64,000 nt of DNA from Mobula hypostoma (taxonomy: Eukaryota): the NCBI RefSeq assembly GCF_963921235.1, contig NC_086108.1, positions 69,504,001-69,568,000 of the forward strand, read 5' to 3'. The translations under genes were made by a program, and so were the position numbers. Below are positions 24,444-36,300 of this stretch, piece after piece. The notes under the pieces were generated by a model. It was given only the letters and a program-made list of their open reading frames with translations. It searched no databases and had not been told where the DNA came from. Every line of letters starts with the position of its first letter. The first letter of the stretch is position 1.

Positions 24444-24962
24444 TAGGGTTGCCAACTGTCCTGTATTAGCCGGGACATCCCGTATATTGGGCTAAATTGG
24501 TTTGCCCCATACGGAACCGCCCTTGTCCCGTATTTCCCCCGCTAAGGTAGAGCGTTCCGATGAAACCGTTCGTAAGCCGAAATGGCATAAAGCGCAAAAG
24601 CAATTACCATTAATTTATATGGGAAAAATTTTTGAGCATTCCCAGACCCAAAAAATAACCTACCAAATCATACCAATAACACATAAAACCTAAAATAACA
24701 CTAACATATAGTAAAAGAAGGAATGATATGATAAATACACAGCCTATATAAAGTAGAAATAATGTACGTACAGTGTATCAGAATCAGGAAGGTTAAGCCA
24801 AAGCCAATTTGTAGAAAAAAATTGGCACGTACACGCATGTGCACACAGCTGCCCACGCAAGGCTTCATGGTCATGGTAGTCTTTCTCGGGGTAAACACAA
24901 ATGTCCCATATTTGACTGCTACTTTTGTCCCTTATTTGGGAATGAGAAAGTTGGCAACCCTA
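24444..24962. mobile_element. hAT MITE with 8-bp TSD
   Basis: TIRs TAGGGTTGCCAACT / AGTTGGCAACCCTA; TSD GTTCTGAA at 24436-24443 and 24963-24970. Confidence 0.92.
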
Positions 24963-25530
24963 GTTCTGAATGTCATTTGCTTACTTTTATCATTCGCATG
25001 ATTTGTTTTTCCCCCTGAATATTGGATGTTTGACAGTCTTCTTTAAATGGGTTCTACTGTGTTTCTTTGTTTTGTGGCTGCCTATAAGGAGACAAATCTT
25101 AAGGTGTATACAGTATACATACTTTGATAATAAATATACTTCGAACTTTGAGCATCTCTTTTGTGGATAAAAATACAGTTTAAATTTAAATTGTCAGGCT
25201 ATTTTAAAACAAAAGTTCTTTATAACCCTATTCGTTTTAAGTTTCCCCTGTGAGAAAAAGAGCCAGTCCAAATAATACCAAAATTTTCCTGATCTTGTGG
25301 TTTAATGCAGTCTTTGCAATCACATTTGAACAGTTTCATTTCTAGCCAGCAGTTCCTTATGGCAAAATACATAATTGAACAGGATACCCAGATCTAAATG
25401 TTAAGAGTATTTAGCTCAAATAACCATTTTATGATTGTGTGGATTTCAGTCCAAAGATGAACTCTTGGACAAAGATTCATGTAGTGATCAATTGCTGACT
25501 TGATTATGTTGAGAATTAACTAGAACTTAC

Positions 25531-25692
25531 CAACTGTGTCTCCTCTATGCATTTCTGCCTGATGTCATTTAACTGCTCCTCCAGTTTGTTCTTCTGTTGA
25601 TCCAAGTCATTGAGCACATCCTGTACTTCTTGCCTCTGCTCCTGTAATTTTTGTAGGTTTGTGCTTTCCTTATTGACTTCATCTTGGAGATC
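25531..25692 (-). CDS. EPS15: EPS15 coding exon (162 nt), coiled coil: DLQDEVNKESTNLQKLQEQRQEVQDVLNDLDQQKNKLEEQLNDIRQKCIEETQL
   Basis: ttgcag|GAT acceptor, TTG|gtaagt donor, phase 0-0; heptad-rich and similar to human DLQDEVQRENTNLQKLQAQKQQVQ... Confidence 0.96.
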
Positions 25693-26829
25693 CTGCAATC
25701 AAGACAGTCACTTAAATATAAGAACGCACTTGATCAACAGAAGTGTTAAAATATACACACTTCCTATAATATCCACAACAGAAAATGAAGCCACTGCCCA
25801 GAGCACTAATCTACAAGATATAATACAACTACTGATTGAGTGGATTACTTCTGTGGTGCTTGATATACAGAAATTACATTTCTCAGCCTCAGAACTGCTG
25901 CTGGCATACTTATAATTAGAATATATAAATCAGTACAGTTTTATTTAACTGAGCATTGCTTCAATTTAATTTAATACCAATTAATTTAACTGAACCATTT
26001 ATGACTCATACTCAAGGACCCAGTAGGTCCTTGTCATGTTTTAAATATGAAGTATTACATTATTCTGGCTATTTATGCTCAAACTACAACCTACAGACAT
26101 TACCTTCTTGGGAATCATTACAGTCAAAACATCCAGGCCATTCAGTCACCTCACAATGTCTGTTTCCCACAACACACTGTATTGCCAAGGTGGGGGGGAT
26201 GCTGTACATGCCCGTTCACCTCCTCCCTGCTGGAGGTACAAATCTTCAAATTTTCCCTCCCATTGGACTCTGCGCAAATGGTTTGATCATTTTGCTGACC
26301 ATGTTCCTTCAGACCATAAGCATGATCCTGCGCAACCATATACTTGCTATTTTAATTACTGCTCCCAGTCCGATTATGCTCAATTCTCAACACTATTCCT
26401 TGGAAGCTCATTGTCAGCCTGGGAAAAAGGCACTACCTTCCATCGTTGAGTTTAATTTTGGATCATAAGCACTTCTCCCATTTTTTTGGTTCACCAGATG
26501 CTGGCCATGATCCTACTGTCCATCAACTACCTCGTGCCTCAATTGACACATTTTTGCCTTGCATTACCATATTATTTATCAATTTTGTATGATAGCAAAT
26601 ACTCTTGCTAACCTCTACAGATGTATCGTTGAAAGTATCCTGACTGGTTGCATTCCAGCCTGGTATGACAATTCCAACGCAGAGGAACGCAAAAGGCTGA
26701 AAAGAGTCGTGAACACAGCCCGGTCCATAATGGGTATGGTTGCCCTTTCGCCCCACCAGTGACCAGCACCAACAGCAGGTGCTACCCTAAGGCGGTGGCA
26801 TCTGTTGTCAAGAATCCCCACCACCCGGT

Positions 26830-28630
26830 TTATTATCATTGACTTATGTTGTAAAATTTATTGTTTTGCAGCAGCAAAGTGCCATACATATACATTACTA
26901 TAATTTGTAATAAGAATATATAAAAATAAATAAATAGTGCAAAAACACATCTACAATGATGAATTGCTTTGAGAGGTTGGTCATGACTAGACTGAACTCC
27001 TGCCTCAGCAAGGACCTGGACCCCTGCAATTTGCCTACTGCCACAATAGGTCAATGGCAGATGCAATCTCCATGGCTCTCCATGCAGCTTCAGACCACCT
27101 GGACAACACACACACCTATGTCAGGATGCTGTTCATCGACTATAGCTCAGCATTTAATACCATCATTCCCACAATCCTGATTGAGAAGTTTCAGAACCTG
27201 GGCCTCTGTACCTCCCTCTGCAATTGGATCCTCGACTTCCTGACCAGAAGATCACAATCTGTGTGGATTGGTGATAACATCTCCTCCTCGCTGACAATCA
27301 ACACTGGCGCACCTCAGGGGTGTGTGCTTAGCCCACTGCTCTACTCTCCATAGACCCATGACTGTGTGGCTAGGCATAGCTCAAATACCATCTATAAATT
27401 TGCTACTGATTCAACCATTGTTGGTAGAATCTCAGATGGTGACGAGAGTGTGTACAGGAGCAAGATATTCCAACTAGTGGAGTGGTGTCGCAGCAACAAC
27501 CTGGCACTCAACGTCAGTAAGATGAAATAGGTGACTGTGGACTTCTAGAAGGGTAAGATGAAGGAACACATACCAATCCTCATAGAGGAATCAGAAGTGG
27601 AGAGAGTGAGCAGTTTCAGGTTCCTGGGTGTCATGATCTCAGGATCTAACCTGGTTCCAACATATCAATGTAGTTATAAAGAAGGCAAGACAGCGACTAT
27701 ACTTCATTAGGAGTTTGAAGAGATTTGATATGTCAACAAATACTCTCAAAAACCTCTATAGATGTACCGTGGAGAAAGTTCTGACAGGCTGCATAACTGT
27801 CTGGTATGGCGGTGGGGGGGGGGGGGGGTACTGCACAGGACCAAAAGCTGCAGAGGGGTGTAAATTTAGTTGCCTCCATCTTGGGTACTAGCCTACAAAG
27901 TACCCAGGACATCTTCACGGAACGGTGTCTCAGAAAGGCAGCATCCATTATTAAGGACTTCCAGCACCCAGGGTATGCCCTTTTCTCACTATTACCATCA
28001 GGTAGGAGGTACAGAAGCCTGAAGGCACACACTCAGCGATTCAGGAATAGCTTCTTCCCCTCTGCCATCTGATTCCTAAATAGACATTGAACACTACCTC
28101 ACTTTTTTAAGAAAATTCTTTTGGTTTTTGCATGATTTTTAATCTATTCAATATATGTATACTGTAATTTATTATTTCTCTTCTATATTACGTATTGCAT
28201 TGAACTGCTGCTGCTAAGTTAATAAATTCCACGACACGTGCCGGTGATAATAAACCTGATTCTGATTCTGAAAAAGAGTAATTTGTTCATGGACCATTTA
28301 GAAATCTGATGGCAGAGGGGAAGAAGCTGTTCCTAAGATGTTAAGTGTGCATCTTCAGGCTCTTGCACTTCCTTATTGATGGGAGTAATGCAACGGGGCA
28401 GGTGCTGGATGGTGATGGATGCCACCGTGCTTTGCCTTTTGAAGATGTCCTTGCCGGTGGGGAGGCTGGTGCCCATGAAGAAGCTGGCTGGGTTTACAAC
28501 CTTCTGCAGCTTTTTCTGATCCTGTGCATTGGTACCCTCGTATCAGACAGTGAATCAATCAGGCAGAATGCTCTCCATGGCACATCTGTAGAAATTTGTT
28601 AGAGTTTTTGGTGACATATCAAATCTCAAG
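26830..28630 (-). mobile_element. Older minus-strand Rex-Babar 3' fragment split by the 26946-28270 insertion
   Basis: 26830-26945 and 28271-28630 join into a sequence collinear with the uninterrupted minus copies at ~49958-50240 and ~61778-62125. Confidence 0.7.
26946..28270 (+). mobile_element. Rex1/Babar-type LINE, 5'-truncated RT and 3' end
   Basis: [47 protein letters not shown] and TQRFRNSFFPSAI; tail aataaa(cctgatt)(ctgatt)ctga. Confidence 0.9.
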
Positions 28631-30067
28631 CTTGAAATATAACCGCAGGCATGTTATGCCCTCTTCTCGTTACCTTCAGGCTGAAGGTACAAGTGGTACA
28701 ACATTGGCAGGCTCCGGAACAGCTACCTTCCCACCACCATCAGAACTTGAACCTATCTGCACAACCCTAACCCTGATTCAGCAAAAGAACATCACGGACA
28801 AGCTCTTGCACTACCATGGACTTGCCTGGTTTTTGCAGTCTTTTTCCTTCCATCGTAAGATATAATTTTGTGTATAATTTATATTCTGTGTGTTGATTGC
28901 AAGTTTTTCATTCTATCTGTACTTCACTGTACTTATGCACACGTTAAACTTTACTGTACTCACATTTCTTCCCCTTAATTTCTTTTATTCTCTCCCCATT
29001 TCCCTGCCTTTTATCTGATAAATCTCATTAAAATTCTAAACAGTTTGCAGCAAAGGTCAATGAACTGAAATATTAACTCCAGTTCTCCACAGATGCTGCC
29101 ATAACTACTAAATACTACATTTTCTACTTTTATTGCAGCTTTCCAGAAAGAGTAGAATTTGGCTTTAATTGTACTGCTAATAAATATTATCTATTTTAAA
29201 AGAATGAACATCCAGTTAACTTAGTTTATTGTACTGCTGCATGTTTTTCTTCTCAGCTTCACCAGCATCGTAATTATAAGTGTGCTTCTTGCTTCCAGCT
29301 CCCCAAAGGCACCTAAAAGCTATTTTTTACACAAGTTTATGTACTCTGTGCTGACTTTACTGTAATATAACCCAAGGACTGCAGTATCTTCAGAACCTGA
29401 GGTACAATTCAGTAAATTAACCAGTGTTTTTCTCTCCCTATCACCAATTGTTTATCTTAAAAGTCACTTTTAACAAGATAATAGGAAAATATTTTATGTG
29501 AATTGGATCAGGCTGTGCTGAATTAGTCCTTTACCATTAATTGCAAGAAAAACTGCCAACATCCAAACTGAACCCAGCTGAATGCAGGTTTTGATTGCTG
29601 GCCTTTCACATTCCTTAGTCTTGCAACATGATCTGTACAGCAGCAATGTTTTGGGACATGCAAGAGAGGACCTTGTGATTTTGGCTCAGCCTCTCTCTCT
29701 CTCTACTGGTATAACCTGACCTGCTGGGCATATCCCACAACCTTGTCATTGACAATAAATGCTTAATACAGACAAAGAAGCATAATTTGCCACATTTACT
29801 CATTCCTGACAGCTCGCAAGGCTGAAGGGCAGGACCTTGCTAGCTGTGAAAACTTGCACTGATGGGAACAACTTTTATGTCTCGAACGTTTGAATTTTAA
29901 AAATCTGAAAATGTAAATGAAAACCAGATAACTAGTTAAACATGTCAAAGCAAAATAAAATGTACTTTTCTAAGATGGTAATATTCATTCCCCCTTTCCT
30001 CCTAAACATTCATCCTACAATCCGTATTGAAATCTATGGGGTGTTGGGATGGCAGTTCCACCTACTG

Positions 30068-30202
30068 AGTCCTGACGAAGGGTCTCGACCTGAATCATCG
30101 ACTGTACCTCTTCCTAGAGATGCTGCCTGGCCTGCTGTGTTCACCAGCAACTTTGATGTGTGCTGCTTGAAGTTCCAGCATCTGCAGAATTCCTGTTGTT
30201 TG
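30068..30202 (+). mobile_element. 135-bp Penelope-derived mini-element (hammerhead motif plus tail) with 11-bp TSD
   Basis: TSD TCCACCTACTG at 30057-30067 and 30203-30213; begins AGTC-CTGACGA-AGG-GTCTCGA-CCT-GAAT-CA-TC-GACT. Confidence 0.85.
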
Positions 30203-30984
30203 TCCACCTACTGGGTTCCATTTGTCAACACTATCCCAGATATCAGCATTTCACAGAGCACACGTTAAATATCAGTATCTCAGCAGCAATGGCCGAATTC
30301 CATTGATTCTGCCTGTAAAGCTCAGCATATTCCAGCCCATCCTTAAATTTCAGAGACTTAGACCAAAGATACAAGAACCTTGAAGTACAATTATATTCCA
30401 AATTCAGTGATAGATAATTAATGTTAAATCATTAAAAACTCATATACTGTTAAAAAACAAACTCCCAGGACCCAAACAGTGAAACTTCTTTGAAACTAGT
30501 ACCTTGCCTTCAGTGCTCATGATGTTCTCCTTTACACAGCAGAAATCAAATGTGGTAGCTTTATGGAGAACCTGCATTCATTCTGCAGGAGTGACCCTAA
30601 GCTTGCCTGCTACTTTAATTATGGAGTCATAAAAGGCCCTCTGTGCTGACCATCAATTACCAATTTATACTAATTCATTTCCCCCCTATTAATTTAATTT
30701 TTCACACATTCTTATCTACCACACACCTACACAATCTAAATAGCAAATTAACCTAACAACCTACGTCTTTGAGGTGTCAGAGGAAACACACTGAAGTGAC
30801 ATGAGAAAATGGAAAATGCAGAGACAATACCCGACGCCAGAACTGAACCCAGATCTCTGGCATTGAGGGAGAGATTCAATAAGCTGAGCACTGCACTGCC
30901 CAGATTTATCCCACCCTGACCTGTCTAACTCCTACGCTGTTACAATAAAGCATGCTGTTAGCCACATATAATACAAAGAATCAT

Positions 30985-31240
30985 AACAGAGTCAGAGAAG
31001 TACACCATAGAAAAGCCCTTCAGCTCATCTAGTCCATGACAAAACCACTTAAAATGCCTACTCCCAACTACCCGTACTGGGACCATAACCCTCCATATCC
31101 CTACTATCCATGTACCTGTCCAAATTTCTTTTAATTGTTGAAATCAAGCTCACATGGATCACTTGTGCTGGCAGCTCATTCCACACTCTCACGATCCTCC
31201 GAATGAAAAAATTACTCCTCATGTTCCCCTGAAACTTCTC
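30985..31240 (-). mobile_element. CR1 3' end fragment
   Basis: Minus peptide MRSNFFIRRIVRVWNELPAQV...KRNLDRYMD. Confidence 0.75.
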
Positions 31241-31334
31241 TGTAATTTTCCACATTCAATCATTTGGTTTCACCTCATCAGTTATATATCATGTTTTTCT
31301 CTCAATTCATTTTTCACAAGATGCTGGAAGTCCA

Positions 31335-31437
31335 AAGTAACACATACAAAATGCTGGAGGAATTTAGCAGGTCACACAGCATCTATGGAGAGGTAATAAA
31401 GAGTCGGCGCTTTGGCCCGAGGCCCTTCATCAGGACA
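31335..31437 (-). mobile_element. Penelope pLTR fragment with broken hammerhead motif
   Basis: Minus strand gtcctgatgaagggcctcgggccaaagcgccgactc...; the GAAA core is lost. Confidence 0.7.
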
Positions 31438-31791
31438 GTTTCTCAGCCTCTCTACAACTGAAACTAACTTGTTTTCTATGTTTCCCTGTTCTGGTAAAGA
31501 TGTATACATTAACTTGGTTTCTCTTTCCACAGAGACTGCCTAACCTGCTGAAAGTTTCCAACAATTGCCAATTTTATTCCAGATTTCCAGCAGTGGTTAT
31601 TTTGGTTTTCAAGTTAAATGTTGGCCTTTTCAAAGAGGGAATTTGAAGGGGGCGTCACGTGATGACGTGGGATTGAGACGTGTAAATTCAGCGCTCCCGC
31701 AACAAATCAGTAAAGTATCGTTTAAATAAAACAAAGTTGGTAAATATTTTTTGAAAACTATTTATAAACTTTGTTTAGACTACTTTACGGT

Positions 31792-32895
31792 ATGTCTCCT
31801 AAACCGCAACAAAAGAAGTCTGCTGTTGCGAAGCAGCCGCGAGACGGGAAGAAAAAAGGGCCTACTGCAACGATGGAGCCTCGGACTCAGGTTGGATCTC
31901 CTTCGGTAGAACAGGGAGCAATGGCGGTGGCAGAGGTTGCTCCGAAGAAGACAACGGAATTGCGCATGCGCAAATCGACACAACGCAAACTACAAGAACT
32001 GACACCCACTGCAATTGAAAATGACTCAGAGTCAGAACTGGATTCTGCAGAGAACACAGATGAAGAAGAGGAGGAAGAATTGGAAACGAGTGGAAGTAAA
32101 GGAGATGATAGAGACATAAGGGAGGCTGTATTGCGATCAACGGCTGAATTAAGGAAAGTAAGAGAAGAGCTTAGAGATACGAAGAGATGCTATAATAAAG
32201 TTATGGAAAGACAGGACAAAATGGAAAAGAAGCTTCAGAAGATGGAAAGAGAAATGGGGCTTATGAATGATAGAGTGGAAAAAACAGAAAATAATTTGCT
32301 TGTCTGGAACTCGGAAAGAAACCGACTCTTGGAGAAAGTGGACATGTTGGAAAACTTCAGTAGACGTAATAATATAAAAATTGTTGGTCTTACAGAAGGT
32401 ATGGAAGGAGAAAAGCCAATAGAATTTTTTCAAAGATGGATCCCGGAGGTTTTGCAAATGGGAGAGGAGGCTCGATCAATTGAAATTGAGCGGGCACACA
32501 GAGCTTTAAGACCAAAACCAAAAGATGACCAATATCCACGATCGATTTTAATAAAATTCTTAAGATTTCAAGACAAGGAAAGGATTCTACAGGCGGCTGT
32601 TCGAGCTGCCAAAGATAGAAAAGGGCCATTGATAATTAAAGGGAAAAGAGTTTTTTTCTACCCTGATATAAGTTACGAACTTTTGAAGAAAAGGAAGAAG
32701 TTTAATCCAGTGAAAAAAACCCTATGGGAGCATGGTTATCAATTTATACTGCGTTATCCTGCAACTTTGAAGATTTTTTTGTCTGGTGGAGAAAAAAGAT
32801 TTTTTGATGACTACCAGAAAGCAGAGCAGTTTGTGCAAGATTCTCTGAATATTCACCAGATACAAGAACAAACTCAGGAGAGCAAGATAGATTGA
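31792..32895 (+). CDS. L1 ORF1p (367 aa from ATG; acidic region, coiled coil, RRM, CTD)
   Basis: Intact ORF with LENFSRRNNIKIVGLTEG, IEIERAHR, PRSILIKF and YPATLKI motifs of the L1 ORF1/Transposase_22 family. Confidence 0.92.
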   Translation: MSPKPQQKKSAVAKQPRDGKKKGPTATMEPRTQVGSPSVEQGAMAVAEVAPKKTTELRMRKSTQRKLQELTPTAIENDSESELDSAENTDEEEEEELETSGSKGDDRDIREAVLRSTAELRKVREELRDTKRCYNKVMERQDKMEKKLQKMEREMGLMNDRVEKTENNLLVWNSERNRLLEKVDMLENFSRRNNIKIVGLTEGMEGEKPIEFFQRWIPEVLQMGEEARSIEIERAHRALRPKPKDDQYPRSILIKFLRFQDKERILQAAVRAAKDRKGPLIIKGKRVFFYPDISYELLKKRKKFNPVKKTLWEHGYQFILRYPATLKIFLSGGEKRFFDDYQKAEQFVQDSLNIHQIQEQTQESKID

Positions 32896-33371
32896 AGATG
32901 AAGATTGGGTTTAAGAATGGATTTGTTGGATTTTTGAAGCTGGATGAATGTATAAATATAGTATTAATTATATGGTTATGGTTATATGGTTAATACTGGA
33001 GGAAATTAGCTGGGAATAATAATACTAATTTTGTTTATATATATATATATATATATAAAACTTTTTTTGTTGCGGGGGAGCTGGAAGAAGCACTGATCGA
33101 TTGCTACGTTAATCATGTGTGCAAGCGTGGCTTTTGCCGCGACCCGTAAAATGGAGGGGGGTAGTGTTGTGTATCTTTTCATTCACAACATTAGTGGGGG
33201 GGTATTTTGTTTTTTCTTTTTTTTCCTATCTTTTTTTCTCTTTTTGCCTGGAAGGTTGGGGGGGGGGGGGGACACATAGCATCATGGTGAAGTTTAAAGT
33301 GATTCCCCAAGGAACTATGAGAGTTGAGAAGATAAGTAATGTTTTAGATTGGAGTAACTTTGTTAAGAATA

Positions 33372-36300
33372 ATGACTAATTTATTGAATTTTTTGAGTTT
33401 TAATGTTAATGGGCTTAATGGACCAGTGAAAAGAAAAAGAATTTTAACATATATTTAAAAAATGAAGATAGATTTAGCTTTTTTAGAGGAAACGCACCTA
33501 ACAGAAACAGAACATCAGAAACTAAAGAGAGATTGGGTGGGTAATGTTGTTGCGGCCTCATTTAATTCAAAAGCGAGGGGAGTAGCAATTTTGATCAATA
33601 AAATGTTACCAATCAGGATACAAAAAGTAATAACTGATTCTGCGGGGAGATATGTGATTATACATTGTCAACTTTTTTCCGAACTATGGACTTTTATGAA
33701 TATTTATGCACCAAATGAAAATGATGCAAAATTCATACAAGAAACTTTTTTGAATTTGGCGGATGCACATGAAAAAATATTAATTGGAGGCGACTTCAAT
33801 TTTTGCTTAGACCCAGTCTTAGATAGATCAACCAAGGCTGTTATAAAATCAAAGGTAGTAAATCTAACCTTATCATTGATGAAAGATTTAAATTTGATTG
33901 ATATATGGAGAAGAATCAATCCTAAAGAAAGAGGCTATTCGTTCTACTCCCATCGACATAAAACTTATTCAAGGATAGATTTTTTTCTATTATCAATGCA
34001 TATTCAACACAGAGTGAAAAATATGGAATATAAAGCAAGAATATTATCAGATCATTCTCCTTTATTAATGACAATAATAATGGCTGATAAGGAAGAAGTG
34101 GCTTATAGATGGAGATTTAATTCAATATTATTAAAATGTCAAGATTTTTGTGATTTTATGAAAAAGCAGATTCAATTTTTTTTGGATACAAATTTTCATT
34201 CAGTGGAGGATAAATTTATATTATGGGATGCGATGAAAGCATATCTTAGGGGACAGATAATAAGTTATACGTCTAAAATTAAGAAAGAATATATGGCAGA
34301 ACCAGATCTATTGGAAAAAGAGATTACAAGAATAGAAAAAGAATCACAAAGATATATGTCAGAAGAAAAACGAAGACAACTTGTCAATAAGAAGTTACAA
34401 TATAATACACTTCAGACATATAGAACGGAAAAAGCAATTATAAGATCTAAACAAAGGTATTATGAATTAGGTGAGAGAGCACATAAAATTCTTGCCTGGC
34501 AGTTGAAAACAGAACAAGCTTCCAAAACAATAAATGCAATTAGAACAAGGGCAAATAAAATATCTTATAAACCTCTTGAAATAAATGAAACCTTTAAAAA
34601 TTTTTATTCTGAATTATATCAATCAGAATCCCAAAACGATGTTAATGAGATAGAAAGGTTTTTATCACAAGTTTCTCTTCCAAAATTGAATTTGGAAGAA
34701 CAGAGGGGATTAGATACGCCTTTTACATTAAAAGAAGTTGAAGAAGCTTTAGGATCACTTCAAAGTAATAAATCTCCAGGAGAAGATGGTTTTCCACCTG
34801 AATTTTATAAAAAATTTAAAGATTTATTATTTCCTCTTTTTATGGAACTAATACGTCAAGCAGAAAAAATACATAAACTTCCAGAATCTTTTTCAACAGC
34901 GATTGTAATAGTATTGCCAAAAAAGGACAGAGATCCTATGAAACCAACATCATACAGGCCTATTTCTTTATTGAATACGGATTATAAAATAATAGCAAAA
35001 ATTTTATCGAATAGATTATCTAAATATTTACCAAAATTAATACATATGGATCAAACAGGATTTATTAAAAATAGACAACTGGCAGATAATGTAACTCGGC
35101 TACTCAGTATAATTCATTTGGCACAAAAAAGGGATGAGAAGAGTATAGTAGTAGCTTTGGATGCAGAAAAAGCATTTGATAGATTAGAATGGGATTTTTT
35201 ATTTAAAGTATTAGAAAAATATGGGTTAGGAACATCTTTTATAAATTGGATTAAAACTTTAAATTCTAACCCTAAAGCTAAAGTAGTGACAAACTCTCAA
35301 ATTTCAACACCATTTCAGCTAAAAAGGTCAACTAGACAAGGTTGTCCACTATCACCTGCTCTATTTGTATTGGCGATAGAGCCATTAGCAGAACTAATTA
35401 GATTGGATCCAGATATTATGGGTTTTAGAGTTAACCAAGAGGAATATAAAATTAATCTTTTTGCCGATGATGTTTTGATCTATTTAACAAACCCACAACA
35501 TTCGTTACATAAATTATCTTCTAGATTGGATGAATATGGGAAGGTATCAGGTTACAAAATAAACTGGGATAAAAGTGAAATTTTGTCTCTTACTAAAGGA
35601 GACTATACTCAATGTCGATTAGTAACCCAATTTAGATGGCCAGTAAATGGTATAAAGTATTTAGGTATAAGACTTGATAGTGATGTAAAGAATTTATATA
35701 AATTTAATTATTTACCACTATTGGAAAAAAATTCAAGAAGATCTTGACAAATGGATGATACTACCAATAACATTAGTAGGTAGAGTTAATGTTGTAAAAA
35801 TGAATATATTTCCGAGATTACAGTATTTGTTTCAAACATTACCAATACAATTGCCACAGAAATTTTTTCAAGAGTTAAATAAATCTGTGAGAAAATTGCT
35901 TTGGAAAGGTAAAATGTCAAGAATATCATTGGAAAAACTGACATGTAAATTTAGGTTAGGAGGGTTACAACTTCCAAACTTTAAAAATTACTATTGTGAC
36001 GAGAATACACATAAAATTAAGATGTTTGCTGGCCTGGGCTAGCATCAGTGGCATCAGCAGTTGGTCTGCCACCTGCCCTCAGGGGAAGGAGAGATAAGGA
36101 ACAATGGAGCAGCGTCTGGAGATGTGTAATGAAGGGACGTGGGAGAGAGAGAGCTGTCTGGAGCGGCTCCCCCTTTGAACCCTGAACTGTTTGAAGTGAT
36201 GGACAGGCGATACCCCAGCAGGGGGATAAAAAGGGACAGGTTCGCTAAGACAGACACACACGCCACCCGAGGTAACGAGACCCTGGAAGCGGTGCGCCTC

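Noticed and set aside
25956..26468. 170-aa and 124-aa overlapping ORFs
   Set aside because: No motifs, no convincing splice signals, intron-like composition; likely chance ORFs.
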